Source of the DNA: Octopus bimaculoides
Lineage: Eukaryota
Direction: 5' to 3'
Assembly: GCF_001194135.2 (NCBI RefSeq)
Contig: NC_068996.1
Location: 24,103,160-24,160,384 of the forward strand
DNA length: 57,225 bases
Shown here: positions 11,829 through 22,007 of the stretch, piece after piece
How positions within the stretch are numbered: position 1 is the first letter of the stretch
How the letters are laid out: each line of letters opens with the position of its first letter
Notes under the pieces: model-generated
What the model saw: only the letters and a program-made list of their open reading frames with translations
Told to the model about the DNA's origin: nothing
Database searches by the model: none
Made by a program: the position numbers and the translations under genes

Positions 11829-12061
11829 ATTTCTTTATTGCCCACAAGGGGCTAAACATAGAGGGGGACAAACAAGGACAAACAAAGGGATTAAGTCGAT
11901 TGCATCGACCGCAGGGCGTAACTGGTACTTAATTTATCGACCCTGAAAGGATGAAAGGCAAAGTCGACCTCAGCAGAATTTGAACTCAGGACGTAACGGT
12001 GGACGAAATACCACTAAGCATTTCACCCGGCATACTAACGTTTCTGCCAGCTCACCGCCTT
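11829..12061 (-). mobile_element. Full-length tRNA-SINE family B (central domain resembles the Meta-type SINE domain)
   Basis: A and B boxes, domain gtcgactttgcctttcatcctttc.gggtcgataaattaagtacc; 17-bp TSD gaggtaacttctcactt at 11812-11828 and 12062-12078. Confidence 0.9.
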
Positions 12062-12482
12062 GAGGTAACTTCTCACTTGCAGACCATGTCATAGAGTGAG
12101 AAGCATGAAATAACAGAAGCATGAATGACAGGTGATACTTGATAGAGGGGTGCATGATAAGGAGATGAGTAACAGGGGTAACCAGTGTTCTAAGACATGC
12201 AGATACATTCAATCCAGTATGGACCAGAGGATAGAGTGACACAGGTGATGGAGTGATTGAATGTGATATGACCCAGGTGATAGAGCATTGGCAGGGGAAG
12301 AGCCAAGATGTGTGTATGTGAGAAGGAGTAAGAGCATGATGGCAGCTACAGTGGAAAAGAGTGATGACAGGCAATAGAGGAGTGGAGAGTGAGGATAGTG
12401 TACTGGCCTCAGTTGGTTTAATGTAATTTTCTATACAAGGATTTTGAAATGAGCAGGGTTACTCAATATTCTTTGATATGTA

Positions 12483-12899
12483 TACTCTTTTACTCTTTTA
12501 CTTGTTTCAGTCATTTGACTGTGGCCATGCTGGAGCACCGCCTTTAGTCGAGCAAGTCGACCCCGGGACTTATTCTTTGTAAGCCTAGTACTTATTCTAT
12601 CGGTCTCTTTTTTTGCCGAACCGCTAGGTTACGGGGACATAAACACACCAGCATCGGTTGTCAAGCAATGCTAGGGGAACAAACACAGACACATAAACAC
12701 ACACACACATATATATATATATATCTACATATATACGATGGGCTTCTTTCAGTTTCCGTCTAGCAAATCCACTCACAAGGCTTTGGTCGACCCGAGGCTA
12801 TAGTAGAAGACATTTGCCCAAGATGCCACGCAGTGGGACTGAACCCGGAGCCATGTGGTTGGTAAGCAAGCTACTTACCACACAGCTACTCCTGCGCCT
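12483..12899 (-). mobile_element. Full-length tRNA-SINE family A (CORE-like ttgggcaa motif, internal microsatellite, CR1/L2-type tail)
   Basis: Head ggcgcaggagtagctgtgtggtaag...gggttcagtccc; tail ggtgctccagcatggccacagtcaaatgactgaaacaagtaaaagag. Confidence 0.9.
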
Positions 12900-13530
12900 A
12901 TATATGTATATATATATATATATAGTCAAGGCAATGTGGCTTAGAAGATAGGGCAATGACTAAACAGCAACACACACACATACAGAGTGATCATAGAGAC
13001 CCAGAGGAAAGGAACAAGAGTATGATGTCAGACATAGTGAGACAAGTTAATAACTGTTGAATTTATTTATTGACAGTACACCAAAGAATACATAGATCAG
13101 AATTGGGGTCTTTTACCTGCAGGACCCATGGGAAAGTGCCTAGTGTGCCCTAGCCTTAAAATGGCCTACTGCTGGTAGCAGGGTGGAGGTAGAACATACT
13201 TGGCAGACGTTGTCTGAAGGAGCAAAAGCATGATGTCAGGCAGAATGTGATAGGATGAAGACAGGTAAATATTGGAGGGAAGGGTAAATTGAGCATGATA
13301 TAGAGTATACTGGGCACAATAGGTTCATTTTTTTTCTTATAAATGGAAATTTGAAATTGACTGGATAGGTTCAGTAATGAGGAGGTTGCTGGAGAGCAGA
13401 TGATAGAAAGTTGGTGGGTCTAGTACCAATGAATGGCACAAATGATTGAAGGTTTGAGTAGTAAAGATGAAGATGCAGGAAAACAGGTGATAGGGAGATG
13501 AAGGGGTCTCAAAATGTGTAAGAGACATGT

Positions 13531-13766
13531 AAAGGCGGCGAGCTGGCAGAATCGTTAGTACACCGGGCGAAATGCTTAGCGGTATTTCGTCTGCTGTTAC
13601 GTTTTGAGTTCAAATTCTGCCGAGGTCGACTTTACCTTTCATCTTTTCGGGGTCGATAAATTAAGTACCAGTTGCGCACTGGGGTTGATGTAATTGACTT
13701 AATCCGTTCATATGTCCTTGTTTGTTCCTTCTATGTTTAGTCCCTTGTGGGCAATAAAGAAATTTT
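13531..13766 (+). mobile_element. Full-length SINE family B
   Basis: ggcggcgagctggcagaatcgttag...gggcaataaagaaa; TSD aaaatgtgtaagagaca at 13511-13527 and 13772-13788. Confidence 0.92.
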
Positions 13767-14499
13767 TTTAAAAAATGTGTAAGAGACAGTAATTTCACAC
13801 ACACGCACATACCTATATCCACCGTAAGTATGTACGCATGTTATCTCTCTCACACCATTTTTGCAACTATCAGTTCACTTGGTTTGGTCTTCTGTGGTCA
13901 AGTCCTCTCTTGCACTATAAATTATCAGTCAACACAGTCTTTTGTCATCTTTTCTGTGAGATGCAACATCTTGAGATCAGTCTGCAACACTTCATCCTCA
14001 AGTCTTTTTTAGCTTCCCCACTTCAATGGGTTCAATTCACTTTGAGCATTGAACACTTCTTTACTCCTTTTATTTCTGCTAATCCTCTGCATTTAAGGCC
14101 TATGCACCACAATGCAGCATTGCACTTCACACAGTTACCATTAGGGGAAATGGTTTCTCCCTTATGGAGAAGCCCCTCATTTTCAATCTAGGCAATAATA
14201 CCATGAACTTTTTCCAGTCTGTTAATTAGATTAAATGGAGAGCAGAAGCTATCATCTACTTATTGGAATTTGATACAGGTTTTTGATAGTATCTATTTCT
14301 TGTGGGCTCAAAGAGCCTGTTGTCCCTATGCATCTGCTAAATGTATCCTTTCCTGTTAATCAGCCTGTGTTCCCCCTACACCTTTTATGGGTCCATAGTT
14401 TATATAAGTTATCCTTTCCTGCACTTTAAGTATAACCATTTCCGTGATGCTAGTAGGGTCTACTAATACTTTATTAAGTTGGAAAGAAGATATTTATTT

Positions 14500-14760
14500 A
14501 TATTTATATTTATATGAAGAATCATCAGGAGTGTGCAAAAAAGAAGAGGTATAGTCAAGTAATGTGTATGCACGAGGACAACTACATGAAGAAGTGTAAA
14601 TCACTTAAGGTTGAAAGAACTTGTGGAAGTAGAAGGGACAGAAAATATGGAACAAAGTACTGAAGGCTGATCTCAGAACTTTAAATGTCATAGAGAAGAC
14701 AGTAAAAAGACTGGGACAACAAGCAATATACAGTGCTCAGGAAGACCTGTCCATCTTGAC
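14500..14760 (+). mobile_element. RTE 3' ORF fragment
   Basis: VMCMHEDNYMKKCKSLKVERTCG motif. Confidence 0.65.
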
Positions 14761-14837
14761 AAAATGGAGGGTTTGGAAGCCATCCATCAATCTTTTCCAC
14801 CTGCAATTGGGAGGGTCATGGAGATAGGAGTCTTCAG

Positions 14838-15240
14838 CTATCTCCTCAATAGGGCCCAGTCAGAAACAACCATCATTAGACTTTCTGGATGGATTCCCAA
14901 GTGTGACCTACTGTAACTATGGATATTATCCAATTGTTTATTCTTGACATTTCTAACATTTCCTGCCAGTTGGCTCAGCTTGAAGAATCCGTCTTCAGTT
15001 CTTTCCAGCAACATTCTAATTATATGTCCATAGTACCATAGCAGTGACCTCTCAATGCAGAGAAGCAGTAGCTTGACCTGGAGAGCCTCACTGATCTCCA
15101 AGCTCTATATCCTGCTGAGTAATGTTACACTAGACATCCTTCAGATCAACTCCATATTTGCTTGCAGTCAAAGTCGTACATTTTCAGTCATAACCCAACC
15201 AAAAGGTTCTGGAAGCATAAGGTATGTATACACAATTGAG
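14838..15240 (-). mobile_element. Second RTE-family 3' fragment
   Basis: EISEALQVKLLLLCIERSLLWYYGHIIRM (IERSQLRW.GHV.RM consensus). Confidence 0.7.
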
Positions 15241-15390
15241 TCCTTATCTAGTTTTATTTTGTTTATGTGTATTTATTTTGTGCATGTGTCTAAATATTTA
15301 TTTGGGCTTGTCAAATCTTCTCCTTCACCCCTCCATGTTCTCTAGCGCTATAAATTTTCTGTCAAGATGTTATTAAAAGATGATGATGAT

Positions 15391-15449
<59 letters not shown>

Positions 15450-15451
15450 TA

Positions 15452-15606
15452 GATATGGCTGCGTAGTATGAAGTTCGCTTTGCAGCCACATGGTCCCAGG
15501 TTCAGGCCTGCTGCATGACATCTTGGGCAAGTGTCTTCCAGTATAGTCTTGAACCAACCAAAGCCTTGTGGGTGGATATGTTAGACAGAAACTGAAAGAA
15601 GACTGT
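15452..15606 (+). mobile_element. SINE family A head
   Basis: ...ccacatggtcccaggttcagg...cttgggcaagtgtcttc...ccaaagccttgtgggtggat. Confidence 0.8.
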
Positions 15607-15621
15607 CATATATATATATAT

Positions 15622-15812
15622 ATAATGAGAATTTACAAATAAACAAAAGACAAAGACAGGTATGTAAACAACAAACCGATGTATTAGTTTAATGCTCAGG
15701 AAGTGAGAAAGTCTTTTACATTTCGAGCCTATGCTCTTTGACAGAAAGGAACACAGAAAGAAACAGGGAGAGAAAATAGAAAAAGGTTTAGTGTCTAGCG
15801 ATCTATCATAGC
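15622..15812 (-). mobile_element. Penelope-type short repeat carrying an HHR-like motif (15713-15748)
   Basis: CUUU-CUGUCAA-A-GAGC-AUAG-GCUC-GAAAU-GUA-AAAG; second copy at 19143-19250. Confidence 0.65.
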
Positions 15813-16049
15813 GAATATATATATAGGCAGGGTGAAGGAGAAGCTTTAACAAGCCCAACATGTGTGTGTGTGTGTGTGTGAGTGAGTGTGTATGTGTGTG
15901 TGTGAGTGTGTCTGTGTGTGTATGTATATATGCATAAATGTATATATATATTTTTGTATATATGTATAAAAGAAGTATAAGGAAAGAAAAATATTGTAGT
16001 TGTAGACTATCTTTAATTCATAATTCAGGTTGGTACAGATCTAATATAA

Positions 16050-16146
16050 AATTCTACAAATTGTTTCAGAGTCTAATTAATTTCAAAGACAAAAACAAAA
16101 AAACTCTTCCTTCTTGAAATAAAAATTAGATTCTTCATCAGGAATT
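16050..16146 (-). ncRNA. Type-I hammerhead ribozyme with complete canonical core and long stem II
   Basis: AAUUC-CUGAUGA-AGAAUCUAAUU...AAUUAGACUCU-GAAAC-AAUUU-GUA-GAAUU; stem I 5 bp, stem II 10 of 11 bp plus a distal AUUUCAA/UUGAAAU helix, stem III ACA(A)/(U)UGU. Confidence 0.8.
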
Positions 16147-16239
16147 ACATATTAGTATGAATAATTACAATCAACAAAAATATAAAAAGACCTTTCATAG
16201 CCCAAATGGAAACAAACAAATAAAATGTATTTTTTAAAA

Positions 16240-16576
16240 TTTATTTATTTATGTGTTTCAGCCAAGTGGCTGCGGTCATGCTGGTGCACCACCGTGATTT
16301 TCACATTCCTTGCATGGCTCTTCTCCCCCACCTGACATGGTCCAATCAAGAGTTTTGATGGCACATCTGGTGTATAAGAGAATTTGACATAGCTGCCCTA
16401 AACTGCGTCTCATTACGAGCCATCGGTTCGTCTGGTATCGTGGAGAGGAAAGCGTCAAGTTTTGTCTTGAAGACCTCAGCATCCATGTCTTGCATGTCTC
16501 TCAAATGTTTTGACAGGGCATTGAAGAGCTGAGGTCCTCTGAAACCGAGGCTGCTGCAGTATCTCGTTCTTATGTG
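16240..16576 (-). mobile_element. CR1/L2-group LINE 3' end
   Basis: RTRYCSSLGFRGPQLFNALSKHLRDM...VFKTKLDAFLSTIPDEP...SNSLIHQ, then a 3' stem-loop and (TAAA)n tail; runs into a gap. Confidence 0.85.
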
Positions 16577-17334
16577 NNNNNNNNNNNNNNNNNNNNNNNN
16601 NNNNNNNNNNNNNNNNNNNNNNNNNNNNNNNNNNNNNNNNNNNNNNNNNNNNNNNNNNNNNNNNNNNNNNNNNNNNNNNNNNNNNNNNNNNNNNNNNNNN
16701 NNNNNNNNNNNNNNNNNNNNNNNNNNNNNNNNNNNNNNNNNNNNNNNNNNNNNNNNNNNNNNNNNNNNNNNNNNNNNNNNNNNNNNNNNNNNNNNNNNNN
16801 NNNNNNNNNNNNNNNNNNNNNNNNNNNNNNNNNNNNNNNNNNNNNNNNNNNNNNNNNNNNNNNNNNNNNNNNNNNNNNNNNNNNNNNNNNNNNNNNNNNN
16901 NNNNNNNNNNNNNNNNNNNNNNNNNNNNNNNNNNNNNNNNNNNNNNNNNNNNNNNNNNNNNNNNNNNNNNNNNNNNNNNNNNNNNNNNNNNNNNNNNNNN
17001 NNNNNNNNNNNNNNNNNNNNNNNNNNNNNNNNNNNNNNNNNNNNNNNNNNNNNNNNNNNNNNNNNNNNNNNNNNNNNNNNNNNNNNNNNNNNNNNNNNNN
17101 NNNNNNNNNNNNNNNNNNNNNNNNNNNNNNNNNNNNNNNNNNNNNNNNNNNNNNNNNNNNNNNNNNNNNNNNNNNNNNNNNNNNNNNNNNNNNNNNNNNN
17201 NNNNNNNNNNNNNNNNNNNNNNNNNNNNNNNNNNNNNNNNNNNNNNNNNNNNNNNNNNNNNNNNNNNNNNNNNNNNNNNNNNNNNNNNNNNNNNNNNNNN
17301 NNNNNNNNNNNNNNNNNNTATATATATATACATA

Positions 17335-17397
<63 letters not shown>

Positions 17398-17409
17398 GTA
17401 TATGTATCT

Positions 17410-18085
17410 ATCATCATCTTTTAACGTCCGTTTTCCATGCTGGCATGGGTTGGATGGGTTGACTAAGGATTGGCAAGCCAGAAGGCTGCTCTAGGCTCCA
17501 GTCTGATCTGGCAACGTTTCTACAGTTGGATGCCCTTCCTAATGCCAACCATTATGAGTGTAGGGGTGCTTTTTACATGCTACCAGCACAGGGGCCAGTC
17601 AGGCAGCACTGGCATTGACCACATGCAGATGGTGTTTTTTATGTGCCACCAGCACGGGTGTGAGTCAGGCGGCACTGGCATTGGCCATGACAGTGATTTC
17701 ACTTGACTCAGCAGGTCTTCTCAAGCACAGCATATTGCCTGACGATACTTTTAAATGGGCCAGTTATGTGACATTGGCATCAGCCAGGGATATGATCTCA
17801 CTTGGCTAGCTGGGTCTTCTCATACACAGCATATCTCCAAAGGTCTAGGTCACTTGTCATTGCCTCTGTGAGGTGCAACAATCGAATGTTGTGCTTCACC
17901 ACCTCATCCCAGGTTTTCTTGGGTCTACCTCTTCCACAGGTTCCCTCCACTGTTAGGGTGTGACACTTCTTCACAAAGCTCTCCTCATCCATACACAACA
18001 CATGATCATACCAGTGCAGTCATCTCTCTTGCACACCACATCTGATGCTTCTTATGTCCAACTTTTCTCTCAGGGCGCTTACACT
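17410..18085 (-). mobile_element. RTE 3' end: ORF terminus, repeat-containing UTR and (GAT)n tail
   Basis: SFVKKCHTLTVEGTCGRGRPKKTWDEVVKH...EKTQLAK* followed by UTR units and ...ggaaaacggacgttaaaagatgatg. Confidence 0.9.
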
Positions 18086-18089
18086 CTGT

Positions 18090-18124
<35 letters not shown>

Positions 18125-18127
18125 GTA

Positions 18128-18210
18128 AGCACAGGTGTGACTGTGTGGTAAGAAGCTTGCTTTCCAACCACATGGTTCTGGGTTCAGTCCCTCTGTGTGG
18201 CACTTTGGGG
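18128..18210 (+). mobile_element. SINE family A head truncated by a gap
   Basis: gcacaggtgtgactgtgtggtaagaagcttgctttccaaccacatggttctgggttcagtccc. Confidence 0.85.
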
Positions 18211-19158
18211 NNNNNNNNNNNNNNNNNNNNNNNNNNNNNNNNNNNNNNNNNNNNNNNNNNNNNNNNNNNNNNNNNNNNNNNNNNNNNNNNNNNNNNNNNN
18301 NNNNNNNNNNNNNNNNNNNNNNNNNNNNNNNNNNNNNNNNNNNNNNNNNNNNNNNNNNNNNNNNNNNNNNNNNNNNNNNNNNNNNNNNNNNNNNNNNNNN
18401 NNNNNNNNNNNNNNNNNNNNNNNNNNNNNNNNNNNNNNNNNNNNNNNNNNNNNNNNNNNNNNNNNNNNNNNNNNNNNNNNNNNNNNNNNNNNNNNNNNNN
18501 NNNNNNNNNNNNNNNNNNNNNNNNNNNNNNNNNNNNNNNNNNNNNNNNNNNNNNNNNNNNNNNNNNNNNNNNNNNNNNNNNNNNNNNNNNNNNNNNNNNN
18601 NNNNNNNNNNNNNNNNNNNNNNNNNNNNNNNNNNNNNNNNNNNNNNNNNNNNNNNNNNNNNNNNNNNNNNNNNNNNNNNNNNNNNNNNNNNNNNNNNNNN
18701 NNNNNNNNNNNNNNNNNNNNNNNNNNNNNNNNNNNNNNNNNNNNNNNNNNNNNNNNNNNNNNNNNNNNNNNNNNNNNNNNNNNNNNNNNNNNNNNNNNNN
18801 NNNNNNNNNNNNNNNNNNNNNNNNNNNNNNNNNNNNNNNNNNNNNNNNNNNNNNNNNNNNNNNNNNNNNNNNNNNNNNNNNNNNNNNNNNNNNNNNNNNN
18901 NNNNNNNNNNNNNNNNNNNNNNNNNNNNNNNNNNNNNNNNNNNNNNNNNNNNNNNNNNNNNNNNNNNNNNNNNNNNNNNNNNNNNNNNNNNNNNNNNNNN
19001 NNNNNNNNNNNNNNNNNNNNNNNNNNNNNNNNNNNNNNNNNNNNNNNNNNNNNNNNNNNNNNNNNNNNNNNNNNNNNNNNNNNNNNNNNNNNNNNNNNNN
19101 NNNNNNNNNNNNNNNNNNNNNNNNNNNNNNNNNNNNNNNNNNCGGGAATTGAAAAAGT

Positions 19159-19194
19159 CTTTAACATTTCGAGCCTACACTCTTCCACAGAAAG
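19159..19194 (-). ncRNA. Minimal HHR-like motif, A6U variant
   Basis: CUUU-CUGUGGA-A-GAGU-GUAG-GCUC-GAAAU-GUU-AAAG. Confidence 0.5.
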
Positions 19195-19327
19195 GAACAC
19201 AGAAAGAATCAAGGAGAGAAAAAAATGTGTGTAGTGGCTAGCGATCTATCAGCATGGAAGGTGTTTATAAGCCATTAAAAAAAACACACAAAAACTGTTA
19301 GATTCACTTCAACATTTAAATTTAATC

Positions 19328-19374
19328 TGTCAAAATATTTTCATCGCTTTGAGACTGCGACCTGTTCACTGACA
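19328..19374 (-). ncRNA. Minimal type-I HHR with G3-C8 covariant core
   Basis: UGUCA-GUGAACA-G-GUCGC-AGUCUCAAA-GCGAU-GAAA-AUAUU-U-UGACA: perfect 5-bp stem I, 5-bp stem II, palindromic AAUAUU stem III. Confidence 0.7.
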
Positions 19375-19394
19375 AAATTCCATGCCTCATATTT

Positions 19395-19628
19395 CTGCGT
19401 GTGTCTTTGTGTCTGTTTGTCCCCCGCCACCACCACCACCACCACCACAATCACTTGACAACCAATGTTGGTGTGTTTATGTCCCTGTAACTTAGCAGTT
19501 CAGCAAAAGTGACTGATAGAATAAGTACCAAGCTAGCTTACAAAGAATAAATCCTGGGGTCAGTTTCTTCAACTAAAAGGCAGTGCTCCAGCATGGCCAC
19601 AGACAAATGACTGAAACGAATAAAAGAA
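19395..19628 (+). mobile_element. SINE family A 3' half
   Basis: gtgtctgtttgtcccc...aacttagcagttc...gtgctccagcatggccacagacaaatgactgaaacgaataaaaga. Confidence 0.8.
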
Positions 19629-20292
19629 TATATATATATATATATAATCTTTCTTTATCTCTCTCTCTGTATATATATTATTTCTCTGTCTTTGAGTGTG
19701 TATGGCTGTGTGGTTCCCAACTATGTAGCCTTGTTCATTTCCAGTGTGTGCCGTCTTGGGTGAGTACCTTTTTCTAGATCCTCAGCTTCTACTATAACCA
19801 GAGCTAAGCTCAGCATATATTTGGGAGGAAATTCCAGAGGGTTGAGTTTTTGGAAAGGAAGGACTAGGTGTAGTGATTAATGTACAGCGTGGGTAGGTTG
19901 GATACAATAAAGGTGATAAGAGGAGAAAAGGTAAACCGAAATACTTCAGCAGAGAGCAGAGTGCATTTTCCTGTTCTTTCTTCTGAGTGATAGTGATACA
20001 AAAGACAGCCAATTCCATGCTCCTGTTGAAAAGATGTGGGTTGCAATGATGCAGAAGACATTAGAACCAGGGAACGTCGTAACCAAAACATATCGACACA
20101 TGGATGCACATAAACAAACAATACTGTCATGCAGATATGCTTTGCTTTCACATACTGAATTTTGTCTCTCCTATTTTCTGAAGAAGTATTATTTTACTGT
20201 GGGAACTCCAGATTGAGTCAGTGTGTGTGTGTGTGTGTGTGCGTGCATTAACTAGACACACGAACTTTACAAAGCACATTATCTATCTACAC

Positions 20293-20479
20293 CAGTGCTC
20301 TGCAACCAGTATGTCACAGCACACTGGTGTGCCACGAGACGATGCTAGGGTGTGTCGCAGTGTAACCTGGATATAATCGTTTTCCCTATACTTTTAGTTA
20401 TATTTTCAGTTCAGGTGTGCCGCCGAATTTTGAAAAGAATATCAGTGTACTGCGAATGAAAAAAGGTTGCGTAGCACTG
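20293..20479. mobile_element. hAT (Buster-type) MITE 1
   Basis: TIRs cagtgctctgcaacc / ggttgcgtagcactg; flanking 8-mers atctacac and acctaaat with central TA. Confidence 0.8.
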
Positions 20480-20487
20480 ACCTAAAT

Positions 20488-20868
20488 CAATGGTTCTCAA
20501 TCATTTTTTTTTTTACCTGTGGACCCCCCTACACACTTTGATTACTATTTTATTCTGGTGGACCCCCATAGCCAACTGATGTCAAAAACTAGTTTTATCG
20601 ATACATCTTTCAAAATGCCTATTTTGTTTTTTCACACGTTAAACTTGGGTAGGTTTGCAAAAGCACTCTCTGAGAGAACATGTTTCGGTAGCTGGAAACA
20701 TGTTGAAATATTTTCAGAGAAAAAAAGCTAGCTGTTTCTTGCAATAAATACATCTAAAAGCAAAATTTATTCACGGACTCTTAAAAGACTACTGTGGATC
20801 CCCAATTTACTACGTTGCTAGCGTTGCACCCCTCAAAATCTTATATGGATCCCTGTTGAGAACCACTG
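20488..20868. mobile_element. hAT (Buster-type) MITE 2
   Basis: TIRs caatggttctcaa / ttgagaaccactg; flanking 8-mers acctaaat and atctagac. Confidence 0.8.
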
Positions 20869-21275
20869 ATCTAGACAAAAGTATTGAAATGTTGAGTGCT
20901 CCACAAATAATAAGAAATTTGTTGGGGGCTATAATCAAAGTCTAAATGAAGTAAATAACCGCGAAGTATGAATACACGCACACATTTATATGTATGTATA
21001 TATATATATATATATATATACAAATACCTAACTCTGTAGTAGCGTATAGTGTACGTTACAACAAGGGTGGAGTCGTGACTGAGGAAAGGTGGCAGACAAG
21101 AAAGCAAATGAAGTGTGTGAAATGGGGTGGGAGTGAAATGGTAAGTGTAAGAAAAGGGTATATTTTACGAATCACCTCCCCTCCTCCTTCTGTTCTTCCT
21201 TCTCCGACCGCTTCTTTTCCCTTCCTCCGCCTAACTTCACCTCTTGATATACAATCTCTTTTTTTTTTTTCGTAG

Positions 21276-21643
21276 TTTTATTTCTCCTTGCCTCTTTCTT
21301 TTCACTCTAAGTCTTCTCTCTCTCTCTTTCTCTCTTTATTTCTCTGTTTTTATCAAACTCTCCCCCTTTCCCTCTCTTTGACTTACATTTGCTTTCTCTG
21401 CTTATTTTACCTCAGTTTTCTTACTCTTTCCGCTAGCCCTCTTATTTCTCTCTCTGTCTGTTTTCCTCTCTCTCTTTCTCTTCCCCTCTCTATTTTTGTA
21501 TTTAGTTAGAAGCTTATACCTCCTTCTCTTCTCTCAATGACTTTCCTTTTCTAATCCCCCTCACTTAATTACCTACTGCCTATTCACTATCTATTCACTC
21601 ATACTGTTCCTCTCACTGTTCACTTCCGGACTCCGTCAGTGAG
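21276..21643 (+). other. Candidate non-coding (5' UTR-like) exon
   Basis: Upstream donor ATG|GTAAGT (21141), 135-nt pyrimidine-rich intron ending in poly-T-cgtag (21275), donor GAG|GTAAAG (21644); no ORF support. Confidence 0.25.
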
Positions 21644-22007
21644 GTAAAGAATAGTGTGTTTTTAATCTGAATAGAGGGAGGTGTCCTCTTTCTTTTTTTT
21701 CCTCCTTCACACTCGTCTTTCTTTCTTCTATCACTCCTTCCTTTTTTTCTACTTTACTCTCTTTTTGCCTTCGCTCCCAGTTTTCCTTCTCTCTCTCTCC
21801 GACTTCCACACTACCTCTCTCTCCTCCTCATGTTCTCCCTGTTTCGTTTATGTTCTTTCTAATTTCTTCACGCGCGCTCTCTCTCTCTCTCTCTCTCTCT
21901 CTGACTCTTCTATTTTTCTCTTTTCCTGTATGTTACCTCACCTGTCTCTCTATTTTCTCGGTCATCTCTTCCTCTCTCTTTATCTTTCTTTCTCTCCTCC
22001 TAACCCT

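Larger units (their letters stand above)
12080..14470 (-). mobile_element. RTE 3' portion (ORF end plus GA-rich reverse UTR) interrupted by two SINEs
   Basis: 13950-14300 reverse strand encodes RTE C-terminal remnants (IENEGLLHK; KSVQCSK..LKWG..KKT.DEVLQTDLKML); the rest is the reverse complement of the CT-rich UTR. Confidence 0.55.
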
